NCBI GenBank assembly: GCA_965199495.1
Contig: CBDASK010000003.1
Span: 3,872,001 to 3,936,000, forward strand
Length of the DNA stretch: 64,000 bases
DNA from: Abditibacterium sp.
Lineage (GTDB): Bacteria; Armatimonadota; Abditibacteriia; Abditibacteriales; Abditibacteriaceae
Reading direction: 5' to 3'
The position numbers and the translations under genes are program-made. The notes under the pieces are model-generated. The model was given only the letters and a program-made list of their open reading frames with translations. It had not been told where the DNA came from and did no database searches. The number at the start of each line of letters is the position of its first letter. Position 1 is the first letter of the stretch. Shown in pieces: positions 37,513 through 47,215 of the stretch.

Positions 37513-37545
37513 ATAAAATTGTCACTTTTCAGCAGTTACAACAAT

Positions 37546-37578
37546 AAACGCCGCGCACCCTAAAAGTGCGCGGCGTTT
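37546..37578 (-). terminator. Intrinsic terminator after gap
   Basis: aaacgccgcgcac..gtgcgcggcgttt. Confidence 0.75.
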
Positions 37579-37594
37579 CACCAATTAACCCAAT

Positions 37595-38608
37595 TTACAG
37601 ACCTTTGCTGGCCATGTAGTTGATCAAATCAGCCACGCGGTTGGAGTAGCCCCACTCGTTATCATACCAGCTCAACACTTTCAACATGTTGTCGCCCAAA
37701 ACCATCGTCGAAGGCGCGTCAATCACGCTGGAAAGCGGGTTGCCTTTGTAATCCACCGAAACCAACTCTTCCTGTTCGACGCCCAAAATGCCTTTCATCG
37801 CGCCATCGGCGGCGGCCTGAAACGCTTCGTTCATCGCCTGCGCGGTGACGGGTTTGGTGGTGTTGACGACCAAGTCCACAATCGAAACCGTCGGCGTCGG
37901 CACGCGCATCGAGCCGCCGTTGAGCTTGCCTTTGAGTTCGGGAATGACGAGGGAAATCGCTTTGGCGGCGCCGGTCGTCGTCGGGATGATCGACTGCGCG
38001 GCAGCGCGGCTGCGACGCAAATCCTCGTGAACCTGATCGGCGATGCGCTGATCGTTGGTATACGAGTGAATCGTGTTCATCAAACCATGTTCAATGCCAA
38101 AGGTATCCAAAATGACTTTCGCCATCGGCGCCAGACAGTTGGTGGTGCAGCTCGCATTCGAGACAACATTGTGTTTGCTCGGATCGTAAAGCTCGTTGTT
38201 GACGCCCATCACGAAAGTGGCGTCCTCGTTTTTGGCAGGAGCCGAAATCACGACTTTCTTGGCACCCGCTTCGATGTGCGCGGCGGCTTTGAGGGCGTCG
38301 GTGAAAAAGCCGGTGCTTTCGACGACGAAATCCACGCCGACATCGCCCCACGGAATCTGCGCCGGGTTGCGCTCGGCGAAAACGCGGACGTGCTCGCCGT
38401 CCACAATGAAGCCATTCTCTTCCAACTCGACTTTGTGCTTGAAGTGGCCGTAGTTCGAGTCGTGCTTGAGCAGATGCGCGTTGGTCTTGGGATCCGAAAG
38501 ATCGTTGATAGCCACGACATCAATGTCGTTGCCATAGCGCTCGGTCAGAGCGCGGAAAGTGATGCGGCCAATGCGACCGAAGCCGTTGATGCCTACTTTG
38601 ATTGCCAT
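37595..38608 (-). CDS. gap: Type I glyceraldehyde-3-phosphate dehydrogenase
   Basis: [31 protein letters not shown]. Confidence 0.98.
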   Translation of the reverse strand: MAIKVGINGFGRIGRITFRALTERYGNDIDVVAINDLSDPKTNAHLLKHDSNYGHFKHKVELEENGFIVDGEHVRVFAERNPAQIPWGDVGVDFVVESTGFFTDALKAAAHIEAGAKKVVISAPAKNEDATFVMGVNNELYDPSKHNVVSNASCTTNCLAPMAKVILDTFGIEHGLMNTIHSYTNDQRIADQVHEDLRRSRAAAQSIIPTTTGAAKAISLVIPELKGKLNGGSMRVPTPTVSIVDLVVNTTKPVTAQAMNEAFQAAADGAMKGILGVEQEELVSVDYKGNPLSSVIDAPSTMVLGDNMLKVLSWYDNEWGYSNRVADLINYMASKGL

Positions 38609-38762
38609 AATGTGTGTTCCTAAAAACCGTTACCACGATAAAGGCGCGGGCGGTGAAAAATCGGGTTTTTCGCGCGAAGTATAACAAATGATGATTTCAT
38701 CGGACGGCAAACCCACAATAAGTTACCGCGAATTTCGCAATCAATCGCCGATTCCCATCAAC

Positions 38763-38801
38763 AAAAAAGCCGCAGGAACTTCAAAAGTTCCTGCGGCTTT
38801 T
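38763..38801 (-). terminator. Intrinsic terminator after ABC permease
   Basis: aaaaaagccgcaggaac..gttcctgcggctttt. Confidence 0.85.
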
Positions 38802-38823
38802 CTATTTCCACTTGAGGGCGAAA

Positions 38824-39852
38824 TTATTTTTTTGCGATGTCCACAACATCGGATTGTTGCGCGCCCATCACCGGAGTCAACGTGGCTGTTGCGCGTGGCT
38901 TGCGGTTCTTGAGCAGTTGATCCACCAAAACGCCGATGAGAATGACCGCGCCCATCACGGTGAAGTTGAGGCTCGACGGAATGCCCAACAGGTTGACCAG
39001 GTTTTGCAAAACCTGCAACAGTGCTGTGCCCAACAAAATGCCGATGACGCTGCCTTCACCGCCACGCAGCGAACAGCCGCCCAACACCGCTCCAGCGATA
39101 CCATACAACTCGTAGAAGTTGCCGTGCGTCGCGGGCGAAACCGAGTTGGTGTAGAACGCGATTAAAATGCCCGAAATCGCCGCCAGCAAACCGCCGATCA
39201 CATAAGTCATCGTGACCACGCGATTGGTGTTGATGCCGCTATAACGCGTGGCGGCCTCGTTGCGACCAACCGCATAAAGATAACGCCCGTAAACGCCGCG
39301 ATGCAAAAACAGCGCGACGATGGCCGCGATGATGATCATTAAAATGAACGATGTCGGCACGCCAAAGACTTTGCCCGTCATAAAGGCGCGCAAACCCTCG
39401 AAGCCTTCGGCTTGGCCAAAACCTTTGGTTTCGTCATTGGCGACGAAACGAGCCACGCCGCGATAGAACAGTAAGCCGCACAGCGTCACCACGAACGGTT
39501 GCAACTTGGCGCGCGTGATGAGCAGACCGTTAATCAAGCCGACGGCGACGCCCAAAATCAGAATCATCGCGATGGCGAGGGGCCAGGCGAATTTCTTTTC
39601 GGTCAGCATCATCGCCAGCAAAACGCCTTCGAGCGCGAACATCGAGCCGACGCTCAAATCAATGCCGCCGGTGATGATAATCAGGCCCGCGCCGATGGAA
39701 AAGATGCCATACATTCCAATCAGCAGCGCCAGATTGCTCAGGTTTTGCGGGAGCAAGAACGTGCGTCTCGGATCAATGACCGTTGTTACTACGCAAATGA
39801 GCAGTAGTAAAACGAAAATTCCAAACTCTTTTTTAGTAAAAATACTTTTCAT
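38824..39852 (-). CDS. Sugar ABC transporter permease (RbsC-like)
   Basis: ITGGIDLSVG, YAVGRNEAATRYSGI, ELYGIAGAVLGG. Confidence 0.94.
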   Translation of the reverse strand: MKSIFTKKEFGIFVLLLLICVVTTVIDPRRTFLLPQNLSNLALLIGMYGIFSIGAGLIIITGGIDLSVGSMFALEGVLLAMMLTEKKFAWPLAIAMILILGVAVGLINGLLITRAKLQPFVVTLCGLLFYRGVARFVANDETKGFGQAEGFEGLRAFMTGKVFGVPTSFILMIIIAAIVALFLHRGVYGRYLYAVGRNEAATRYSGINTNRVVTMTYVIGGLLAAISGILIAFYTNSVSPATHGNFYELYGIAGAVLGGCSLRGGEGSVIGILLGTALLQVLQNLVNLLGIPSSLNFTVMGAVILIGVLVDQLLKNRKPRATATLTPVMGAQQSDVVDIAKK

Positions 39853-39876
39853 GAGGAAAACAAAATTTAATAGTTC

Positions 39877-41403
39877 CTAAGCCGCGATGGCCTCGGTCGA
39901 GCGCGCCACGGCCAAGCGCATCACTTTTTCTTCGTCGGCCTCTTCGCGCGATAATGAGCCGGTGATCTGGCCTTCGCACATCACGATGATCCGATCCGAT
40001 ACGCTCAAAACTTCTTCCATATCGCTCGAAATCATCATCACGACCACGCCGCTTTGCGCCAAATTGCGCATGATTTTGTAAATTTCGGCTTTGGCGCCCA
40101 CGTCAATGCCGCGCGTCGGCTCATCGAAAATCAACATTCGCGGTTTGGACGAAAGCCACTTGCCCAGCACAACTTTCTGCTGGTTGCCGCCCGACAAATT
40201 GCCCGCGCGCGTCATCACGTCGGGCGTTTTGATGCCCAGCGATTCTTTTTGCTCCTGCGCGATGCGAGTTTCGCGCGCGGTGTTGACCAGTTGAAGCGGC
40301 CCGCCAACCGAATTGCGGCTCAGCATCGGCAAGGAGATGTTATCGCGAATCGGCCAATCGAGCAACAGGCCGGTCTCGCGGCGGTCTTCGGGCACCAGAT
40401 AAATGCCGTTATTAATTGCGGTTTGCGCCGAGCGAACGTGAATCGGTTCGCCGCCACCAATCGAAATTGTGCCTTCGAGACCCGGTTCAACGCCAAAGAG
40501 CGCCTGCGCGACTTCGCTGCGGCCCGCGCCGACCAATCCGGCGAAACCCAAAATTTCGCCGCGCCCGATGTCGAACGAGATTTTCTGCTTGGGATAGCGC
40601 GGTGTGCGCAGGTTGCGCACGTTGACGAAGCGATCCATGATGCCTTTGGTCGGCGCCGATTTTATCCGTTCCAAATCGCGCCCGACCATCAGCGAAACCA
40701 TGTTGTCGTGCGTGATTTTATCGCCCTCTAATTCGCCCGCGTTGGCGCCGTCGCGCAGAGCCACGACGCGGTCGGCGATCTGCGTGATTTCGCCCAGACG
40801 ATGCGAAATGTAAATCACCGAAACGCCCTCGGCGCGCAGTTCCTTAATGACGGCCAGCAGACGGTCGGTTTCCTGCAACGTCAAGCTCGAAGTCGGCTCG
40901 TCCATGATGACGACGCGCGCTTCCTGCGACAGCGCCTTGGCGATTTCGACCATCTGTTGTTGCGCCAACAGCAACTCCGATAAAGGCGTAGTCGAGCGAA
41001 AGTTGAGATGCAAACGATCCAGATATTTCTGCGAGTTCGCGTGAATTTTGCGTTTGTCAATCAGGTTGAGCGGCCCGCCAGTGCGCGGCTCGCGACCCAG
41101 ATAGATGTTGCCAGCCACGTCGATGTTATCGAGAACGTTGAGTTCCTGATGCACAAAACCGATGCCTTGATCAATCGAGTCATTGACGTTATTGATGACG
41201 ACTGGCTTTTCGTTCACGAAAATCTGGCCGCCGTCGGGCTGGTGAACGCCGCCCAACACCTTCATCAGCGTGGATTTTCCGGCGCCGTTTTCGCCGATAA
41301 TGGCGACGATTTCGCCCGCGCCAATCGAAAACGAAACGCCGCGCAGGGCGCGCACGCCGCCGAAATTTTTCTCGATATTCGCGACGCGTAAAAGAGGAGT
41401 CAT
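39877..41403 (-). CDS. Sugar ABC transporter ATP-binding protein (RbsA-like)
   Basis: GENGAGKST, MDEPT, LSGGNQQK, DEPTRGIDVGAK. Confidence 0.95.
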   Translation of the reverse strand: MTPLLRVANIEKNFGGVRALRGVSFSIGAGEIVAIIGENGAGKSTLMKVLGGVHQPDGGQIFVNEKPVVINNVNDSIDQGIGFVHQELNVLDNIDVAGNIYLGREPRTGGPLNLIDKRKIHANSQKYLDRLHLNFRSTTPLSELLLAQQQMVEIAKALSQEARVVIMDEPTSSLTLQETDRLLAVIKELRAEGVSVIYISHRLGEITQIADRVVALRDGANAGELEGDKITHDNMVSLMVGRDLERIKSAPTKGIMDRFVNVRNLRTPRYPKQKISFDIGRGEILGFAGLVGAGRSEVAQALFGVEPGLEGTISIGGGEPIHVRSAQTAINNGIYLVPEDRRETGLLLDWPIRDNISLPMLSRNSVGGPLQLVNTARETRIAQEQKESLGIKTPDVMTRAGNLSGGNQQKVVLGKWLSSKPRMLIFDEPTRGIDVGAKAEIYKIMRNLAQSGVVVMMISSDMEEVLSVSDRIIVMCEGQITGSLSREEADEEKVMRLAVARSTEAIAA

Positions 41404-41425
41404 AGGATGTAAAGAGAAGTGTAGC

Positions 41426-41461
41426 TGGCCCGTGGCTCTATAATTGGGAAACCACGGGCCA
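41426..41461. terminator. Intergenic hairpin
   Basis: tggcccgtgg...ccacgggcca. Confidence 0.45.
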
Positions 41462-41477
41462 AAGCCGCATAAAATTC

Positions 41478-42632
41478 CTAACGCGCCGAAAAACGGTAAA
41501 CCGTCGTCTGACGGTAAGTTTGTCCGGGACGCAGCGTTGTCGTCGGATACGCCGGATGGTTGGGCGAATCGGGATAGTGCTGCGCTTCCAACGCGAAGCC
41601 GCTACGCTTGGGATACAAACGCCCATATTTGCCATGCAGACCATCCAAGAAGTTACCGGTGTAAAGCTGCACGCCCGGTTCCGTCGTGTAAACGCGCAGT
41701 TCGCGCCCCGAAACTGGTTCGCGCACCGTCACGCCCAGTTTTAATTGACCGCTTTGATTGCGCAACACGAAGTTGTGATCGTAACCCGCGCCGTTTTTCA
41801 GTTGGGTGTTATCGTCGTTGATGCGCGCGCCAATGCGGTGGAAAGTGCGGAAATCGAACGGCGTTCCGGCCACGCGCGCCAATGGGCCAAGCGGAATCGA
41901 AGTCGGGTCAATCGGCGTATAGCGGTCAGCGTTGATTTTGACTTGATGATCCAAAATCGTTCCCAGACCGGCGCCGCGCAAGTTGAAATACGAGTGATTC
42001 GTCATGTTCAGAAGCGTGGGCGCGTCGGTGACGGCGCGATAATCAATGCGCAGTTCGTCGTCGTTTTGCCACGTATAACGCACGCGCACATTGACGTTGC
42101 CGGGATAGCTATTTTCACCCGCAGGCGAAAACAGCGTCAATTCCAGCGCCGGGCCGTTTTTGAGCATCATCGGCTTGGCGTTCCACAATTGTTTGTCGAA
42201 GCCCTTAATGCCGCCGTGCAGATGATTGACGCCGTTATTGACGGCCAATTTATAAGTTTTGCCATCGAGCGTGAAGCGGCCTTTGGCGATGCGATTGGCG
42301 TAGCGCCCGACGAGCGCGCCAAAATACGGACTTTTGTCCTCGTAACCTTTGAGCGTATCGAAGCCCAGAACGACGTCGCCGCGCACGCCATTTTTGTCGG
42401 GCACGCGGATCGCGGTCACGATGCCGCCGTAGTTGGTGATTTGCACCTGCGAGCCGCTCGCGTTGCGCAAGGTGTAAAGCGTGGCGACTTTGCCATCGGG
42501 CAACGCGCCAAAAGGCGCCTGAGTAATCGCGGCCTTTTCCATCATCGGCGCGGCATGGACGAATGAGGCGCCCAGTGCAGTGGCAGCCACGGCGACGGCG
42601 GGCATCGTGAATTTGGGGGAGAATCGAAGCAT
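41478..42632 (-). CDS. galM: Aldose 1-epimerase (galactose mutarotase) with signal peptide
   Basis: GRYANRIA, NHLHGG, NMTNHSYFNL, GYDHNF, EAQHYPDSPN. Confidence 0.94.
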   Translation of the reverse strand: MLRFSPKFTMPAVAVAATALGASFVHAAPMMEKAAITQAPFGALPDGKVATLYTLRNASGSQVQITNYGGIVTAIRVPDKNGVRGDVVLGFDTLKGYEDKSPYFGALVGRYANRIAKGRFTLDGKTYKLAVNNGVNHLHGGIKGFDKQLWNAKPMMLKNGPALELTLFSPAGENSYPGNVNVRVRYTWQNDDELRIDYRAVTDAPTLLNMTNHSYFNLRGAGLGTILDHQVKINADRYTPIDPTSIPLGPLARVAGTPFDFRTFHRIGARINDDNTQLKNGAGYDHNFVLRNQSGQLKLGVTVREPVSGRELRVYTTEPGVQLYTGNFLDGLHGKYGRLYPKRSGFALEAQHYPDSPNHPAYPTTTLRPGQTYRQTTVYRFSAR

Positions 42633-42661
42633 AAATTGGGGGATTTGAAACCGAATCAGAG

Positions 42662-42701
42662 AAATTGCGGTTCAGCCGAAAAGGGGCTAAACCGCAATTT
42701 T
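42662..42701. terminator. Hairpin after sugar-binding protein gene
   Basis: aaattgcggtt.agcc..ggct.aaccgcaattt. Confidence 0.6.
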
Positions 42702-42738
42702 CAACACCGTTTTATCGAACGCGTTGTGTCGCGCAAAT

Positions 42739-43788
42739 TTAGTGACCGCGCAGTTTGTCCAGGTTGGCCTTAAACGCATCCACCGTATCTTTGGTGATGG
42801 CCTTGGTCGGCACAATGATGACGCCTGAAGCGGGCACGACCGATTTGTCGCCGTTGAGATATTTGTTCATGTTGATAATGGACAAATAGCCGAATTCGTA
42901 GGGCTGCTGGACGACGGTGGCGTCAATGGCGCCCGATTTTACGCCCGCGAGCGTGTCGGGTTCTTCGTCGAAACAGACGATTTTAACTTTTCCAACTTTA
43001 TTAGCCGATTTGACCGCCGTCAGAATCGCCGGGCCGTTGTAGCTCCATAATCCAACGCACGCGGCGAGGTCGGGATATTTCACGAGGGCGTCCGAAACGT
43101 TGGAGACAGCGCGACCCCGGTCGGCGCTGTCGGTGCGCACGTCCAGAATCTGAACCTTGGAGTCAGCGATGGCTTCTTTCAAGCCTTTATAACGGTCGGC
43201 GGCATTTTGCGCGTCAATTTCGCCGACGAAGACCATGACTTTGCCGCCGTTGGGCAACGCTTTTTTCAACAGCTCGCCCGCCTGTTTGCCCGCCGCCACG
43301 TTGTCGGTGCCGATGTAACAGGTGCGCTTGCTTTTGGGCGCATCCGAGTCCTGCGTGAAGACCAGCGCCTGACCTGCGGCCTTGTCGAGCAGGGCGGTCT
43401 CGTTGGCCGGGTCAACCGGCGAAATCGCGATGCCGTCAATATTCTTGGAAAGCAAGTCGTTGACGAGCTGCGTCTGTTCGGCGGCGGTGCCCTGACCGGG
43501 CAACTGCACCTCGACCGAAACATTGGGCAATTCGGCGTCGGCTTTCTCGACACCTTTGCGCGCCACCGTCCAGTAATCGGAAGAGTTGTTGGTGACAAAC
43601 GCCAATTTGAGCTGTTTGCCGCCCGTCGAACCGCTTGCCACGTTGCCGGTGGCTGCATCGAGCGGGCCAGTGGCCGTGGCCGAGTTGGAAGTATCAGCCG
43701 CAGGAGTGCAACCGGACAACAGGCCAGCGAGCAGAAGCGGAGTTGCCAGCGTCAGACGCGTCAACTGGGGAGAAAAAGAATTTTTCAT
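42739..43788 (-). CDS. Sugar ABC transporter substrate-binding lipoprotein
   Basis: Lipobox LSGC; IDGIAISP, YIGTDN, VVQQPYEFG. Confidence 0.93.
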   Translation of the reverse strand: MKNSFSPQLTRLTLATPLLLAGLLSGCTPAADTSNSATATGPLDAATGNVASGSTGGKQLKLAFVTNNSSDYWTVARKGVEKADAELPNVSVEVQLPGQGTAAEQTQLVNDLLSKNIDGIAISPVDPANETALLDKAAGQALVFTQDSDAPKSKRTCYIGTDNVAAGKQAGELLKKALPNGGKVMVFVGEIDAQNAADRYKGLKEAIADSKVQILDVRTDSADRGRAVSNVSDALVKYPDLAACVGLWSYNGPAILTAVKSANKVGKVKIVCFDEEPDTLAGVKSGAIDATVVQQPYEFGYLSIINMNKYLNGDKSVVPASGVIIVPTKAITKDTVDAFKANLDKLRGH

Positions 43789-43933
43789 GGGAGTAGGATT
43801 TTATTATATGCGGACACTTATTGCAGCGAAATTTACGTTTTTCTGAGTTTGCTGCGCGAGAGGCACACGAAAAACAATTTTTTGATGAGGTTTTGCACCT
43901 ATTTTTCGGGGCGCAGCAACGTTTTTCTCTTGT

Positions 43934-46852
43934 TTACTTGCCCGCACTAATCGTCACCGCGCCGCTTTGCAACCCATCCGAACTCGCGCGCAATACAATC
44001 GGCCCACTCTCGCCTTTCTTGGCGCGCACGATGACCAACGCCAAGCCATTAAACGCGCGCCGCGAATGTGAGTGAAACGCGGTTAAATCGGTGGCATCGC
44101 CGTTGTCGGTTGCCACGATTTCGCCGGGGCCGCTGATGGTAAAGTTCAATTCGTTGTGCGAACGCGGCACCATCAATCCCTGCGCGTCGGCGACTTTGAC
44201 GGTGACAAACGATAAATCCTTACCATCGTTTTTGATTTTATCGCGGTCGGCGTTCATCGCGATACGAGCAGCCACGCCGGTTGTCTTCACGGTGTCGCTC
44301 GCCCACTGTTTGCCGTTTTTATAGGTCACGACGCGCAGTTCGCCCGGCTGATAAACCACGTCGTCCCAGCGCAAACGATATTGGAATTCGCCTTTTTTGC
44401 GGCGGCCCAGACTTTTGCCGTTGAGAAAGAGTTCGGCTTCGTCGCCCGATGTGTAAACAATCACCGGCGTGACCTGACCGATTCTGTCCGGCCAATTCCA
44501 GTGCGGCAGAATGTGCGCCATCGGAAAGTCGGGGCGCCAGTGCGCCTGATAAATATAGAAGCGGTCTTTGGGGAAACCGGCCAAATCCACGATGCCGAAA
44601 TACGAACTGCGGGAGGGACTTTTGATGCGGCCAAACTCGGCCAACTGCTTTTCGGCGCGGGTGCGCTCGGCGGGATCGGAATAGTTGAGCGCGTTGGTCG
44701 GGTCGGCACTATACGGCGTCGGCTCGCCCAGATAATCGAAGCCCGTCCACACGAACTCGCCCGCGACGGCGGGATTGCGGTCTTGCGCTTCAAATTCCTT
44801 GTCGGGCAACGAACCCCACGGCACGGCGTAGAGATCGTAGGAACTGACCTGAAAATCGACTTCGGAATCTTCGGCCTTGTTGGTGGCCGGGAAGAAATAC
44901 TCGCCGCGCGACGAAATCGCCGACGCGGTTTCGCTGCCGAAAAGCGGGATCGTCGGGTGATTTTTGAGAAAAGCGGGATAGTTCTGCGGCTTGTAGTTGA
45001 AACCGAAAATATCGGTCGTCTCTTCAAACCCGTTGTCCGCCGCCTGAAAATAGTTGTTGCCGCTGCCGACCGGGCGCGTTGCGTCTTCGGAATGAAAGAT
45101 GTCGGTCAGGCGCCGCGAGATCGCCGCGCCCGCCGTTGTGCCTTGTTCGGGCACTTCGTTGCCCGAACTCCACGCGATCACGCTCGGATGATTGCGGTCG
45201 CGCCTCACGTAAGCGCGAATGTCTTTTTCGGCCCACTTATCGAACAAAGTCGCGTAGCCAGTCGGTTTTTTGGGAATAGTCCAGGTATCGGAAAACTCGT
45301 CCAACACCAAAATCCCCATCTCGTCGCACAAATCCAACAGTTCGGGATCGGGCGGATTATGCGAAGTTCGCAGCGCGTTCACGCCCATACTTTGCAAAAT
45401 TTGCAGTTGCCGCTGCGCCGCGCGCCGGTTCCACGCCGAACCCAGCGCGCCCAGATCGTGGTGCATGCAAACGCCCTGAATTTGCACGACTTCGCCGTTG
45501 AGCAAAAAACCTTTATCGGCGACCCACGCGATGTCGCGCACGCCAAACGGCGTGCTATAACGATCCAAAACTTGCTTGCCGTCTTTGATTTGCGTCACGA
45601 GCGTATAGCGATACGGGTCTTTCAAATTCCACTTGCGCGCGCCAAAAAACATCAGCGCATTGCTAACGGTTTGCGAGGCGCCCGCTTTGAGCGAAACCGG
45701 CGAATCGGTTTGCGCGACGACTTTGAGATTGGCGTCCAGAACCGTCGAAACCAGCCGCACATCGCGCGCTTTGGCGCCCTCGTTTTGCAGCGTCGTCTTG
45801 ATGCCGATGCGCGCCGGGCCAGCCTTTTTGGTGTTGCCATCGCCCACGCTTTGCGCGTCAACCTGCGTGCCCCAGTGCGCGACGTGAACCGGATTTGTCA
45901 GCGTCAAATGAACGTCGCGATAAATGCCGCCGCCGGGATACCAACGCGCCGAATCGGGCAAATTATCCAGCCGAATCGCCAGTTTATTTGGCGCGCCGGG
46001 TTTGATAAACGGCGTTAAATCGAGCGCCCACGACGCGTAGCCATAAGGCCAGCCGCCGACGTATTGGCCGTTGCACCAGACGCGGGCGTTCGACATCGCG
46101 CCGTCCATTTCGAGCAAAACGCGCTTGTTCGCGTCGTTAGCAGCCACGGCGAAGGTCTTGCGATACCAACCGACACCCGACCACGGCAATTTGCCGGTTT
46201 CGCCGGGCAAATTAATATCGAAATCGCCTTCGATGCCCCAGTCGTGCGGCAAATCGAGCAGACGCCAACTGCTGTCGTCGTAGTTCGCGCCCGTCGCGGC
46301 GGATTCGATGGGCGCGCCGATTTGCACGCCGACATCGCCCATGATGCCGCCCGCGCCCGCCGTGTTCTCGACCAAAACCGCGATTTCGTTGGGCGCGTTG
46401 GGTTTCCACGCGATTCCAATCGGCGCCTCAAAAGGCGAACTCCAGCCTTCATTGGTGCGTATTTTCTGGCCGTTGAGGTAAACCGTGGCGTTATCGTCTA
46501 CGCTGGCAAAGTGCAACGATTTCGGCGTCGTGGCTGAGGGCGCCAGCGTCGCGCGAAACCAACCGAACCCTTTTTGGCCGTTGAAAACATCATCGCCCGT
46601 CGCGACCGTTTTCCACTCGGCCTCGGCGGTATCCGCGCGCAAATCCGCCCTATCGTTGCCGCTTTTGAAGCGCCAATTTTCGATTTTGTAGCCGGTGCCC
46701 AACGGTTTGGCATCGGAGAAATCGCCCAGATGAAAGCGCCAGTTGTCGTCGAAGTTCAAGCGCTGTCTTGAACTGTTTTGTGAATGCGCGCTGGTGGGAG
46801 TCAAAGCCGCGCAAGCCAAAGCCAACGCGAGCGAATTGTGGGACAGTCTCAT
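43934..46852 (-). CDS. Glycoside hydrolase family 2 (beta-galactosidase-like), secreted
   Basis: LPHDW, RWYPGGGIYRDV, GVCMHHDLG, RTSHNP, RDRNHPSVIAWSSGNE, WTGFDYLGEP; start placed at ATG 46852. Confidence 0.93.
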   Translation of the reverse strand: MRLSHNSLALALACAALTPTSAHSQNSSRQRLNFDDNWRFHLGDFSDAKPLGTGYKIENWRFKSGNDRADLRADTAEAEWKTVATGDDVFNGQKGFGWFRATLAPSATTPKSLHFASVDDNATVYLNGQKIRTNEGWSSPFEAPIGIAWKPNAPNEIAVLVENTAGAGGIMGDVGVQIGAPIESAATGANYDDSSWRLLDLPHDWGIEGDFDINLPGETGKLPWSGVGWYRKTFAVAANDANKRVLLEMDGAMSNARVWCNGQYVGGWPYGYASWALDLTPFIKPGAPNKLAIRLDNLPDSARWYPGGGIYRDVHLTLTNPVHVAHWGTQVDAQSVGDGNTKKAGPARIGIKTTLQNEGAKARDVRLVSTVLDANLKVVAQTDSPVSLKAGASQTVSNALMFFGARKWNLKDPYRYTLVTQIKDGKQVLDRYSTPFGVRDIAWVADKGFLLNGEVVQIQGVCMHHDLGALGSAWNRRAAQRQLQILQSMGVNALRTSHNPPDPELLDLCDEMGILVLDEFSDTWTIPKKPTGYATLFDKWAEKDIRAYVRRDRNHPSVIAWSSGNEVPEQGTTAGAAISRRLTDIFHSEDATRPVGSGNNYFQAADNGFEETTDIFGFNYKPQNYPAFLKNHPTIPLFGSETASAISSRGEYFFPATNKAEDSEVDFQVSSYDLYAVPWGSLPDKEFEAQDRNPAVAGEFVWTGFDYLGEPTPYSADPTNALNYSDPAERTRAEKQLAEFGRIKSPSRSSYFGIVDLAGFPKDRFYIYQAHWRPDFPMAHILPHWNWPDRIGQVTPVIVYTSGDEAELFLNGKSLGRRKKGEFQYRLRWDDVVYQPGELRVVTYKNGKQWASDTVKTTGVAARIAMNADRDKIKNDGKDLSFVTVKVADAQGLMVPRSHNELNFTISGPGEIVATDNGDATDLTAFHSHSRRAFNGLALVIVRAKKGESGPIVLRASSDGLQSGAVTISAGK

Positions 46853-47055
46853 GGGAAATTGGGTGGGTAAGCCGTTGAACAAAGAAAACGGCGGGAGTCA
46901 AACAGTCGTCTGGCGAATACGTTCGCCGATGGCCACGGAGAGTTTAATCAACAGAAGGCCATGCGAGGGCGCTTGTCCGCGCAGACGGTCGCTCCCTATT
47001 GCATCTTGACAATCTAATCCGACAATAGAGATTCGTTGCAAATTTCAATGTTCGG

Positions 47056-47121
47056 CGGGGCTTGCGCTCTCTTCCAATCGGGACTCGCCTTCGCACCCGA
47101 TTGGAAGGGAGCGCAAGACCG
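47056..47121. other. Long stable hairpin between divergent GH2 and GH51 genes
   Basis: cttgcgctctcttccaatcggg / cccgattggaagggagcgcaag 22 bp stem. Confidence 0.6.
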
Positions 47122-47215
47122 GCAAACGTTGCGCTTGGCGCGCAACTGTCCGCCTATAAAGTAAATTATGTCCATGCCTCAATCAGGTAAATCCGCGTTC
47201 AAACACCTTTGAATT

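Larger units (their letters stand above)
36558..37529. mobile_element. REP-associated tyrosine transposase locus (RAYT flanked by two REPINs)
   Basis: HUH transposase between REP doublets; outer ends are additional inverted repeats (aaaatgacaattt.. / ..aaattgtcactttt). Confidence 0.8.

Noticed and set aside
44381..46018. 545 aa antisense ORF (likewise 56180-57820, 3707-4579, 11627-12553, 61462-62418)
   Set aside because: Shadow ORFs opposite well-supported genes, expected from codon bias in GC-rich DNA
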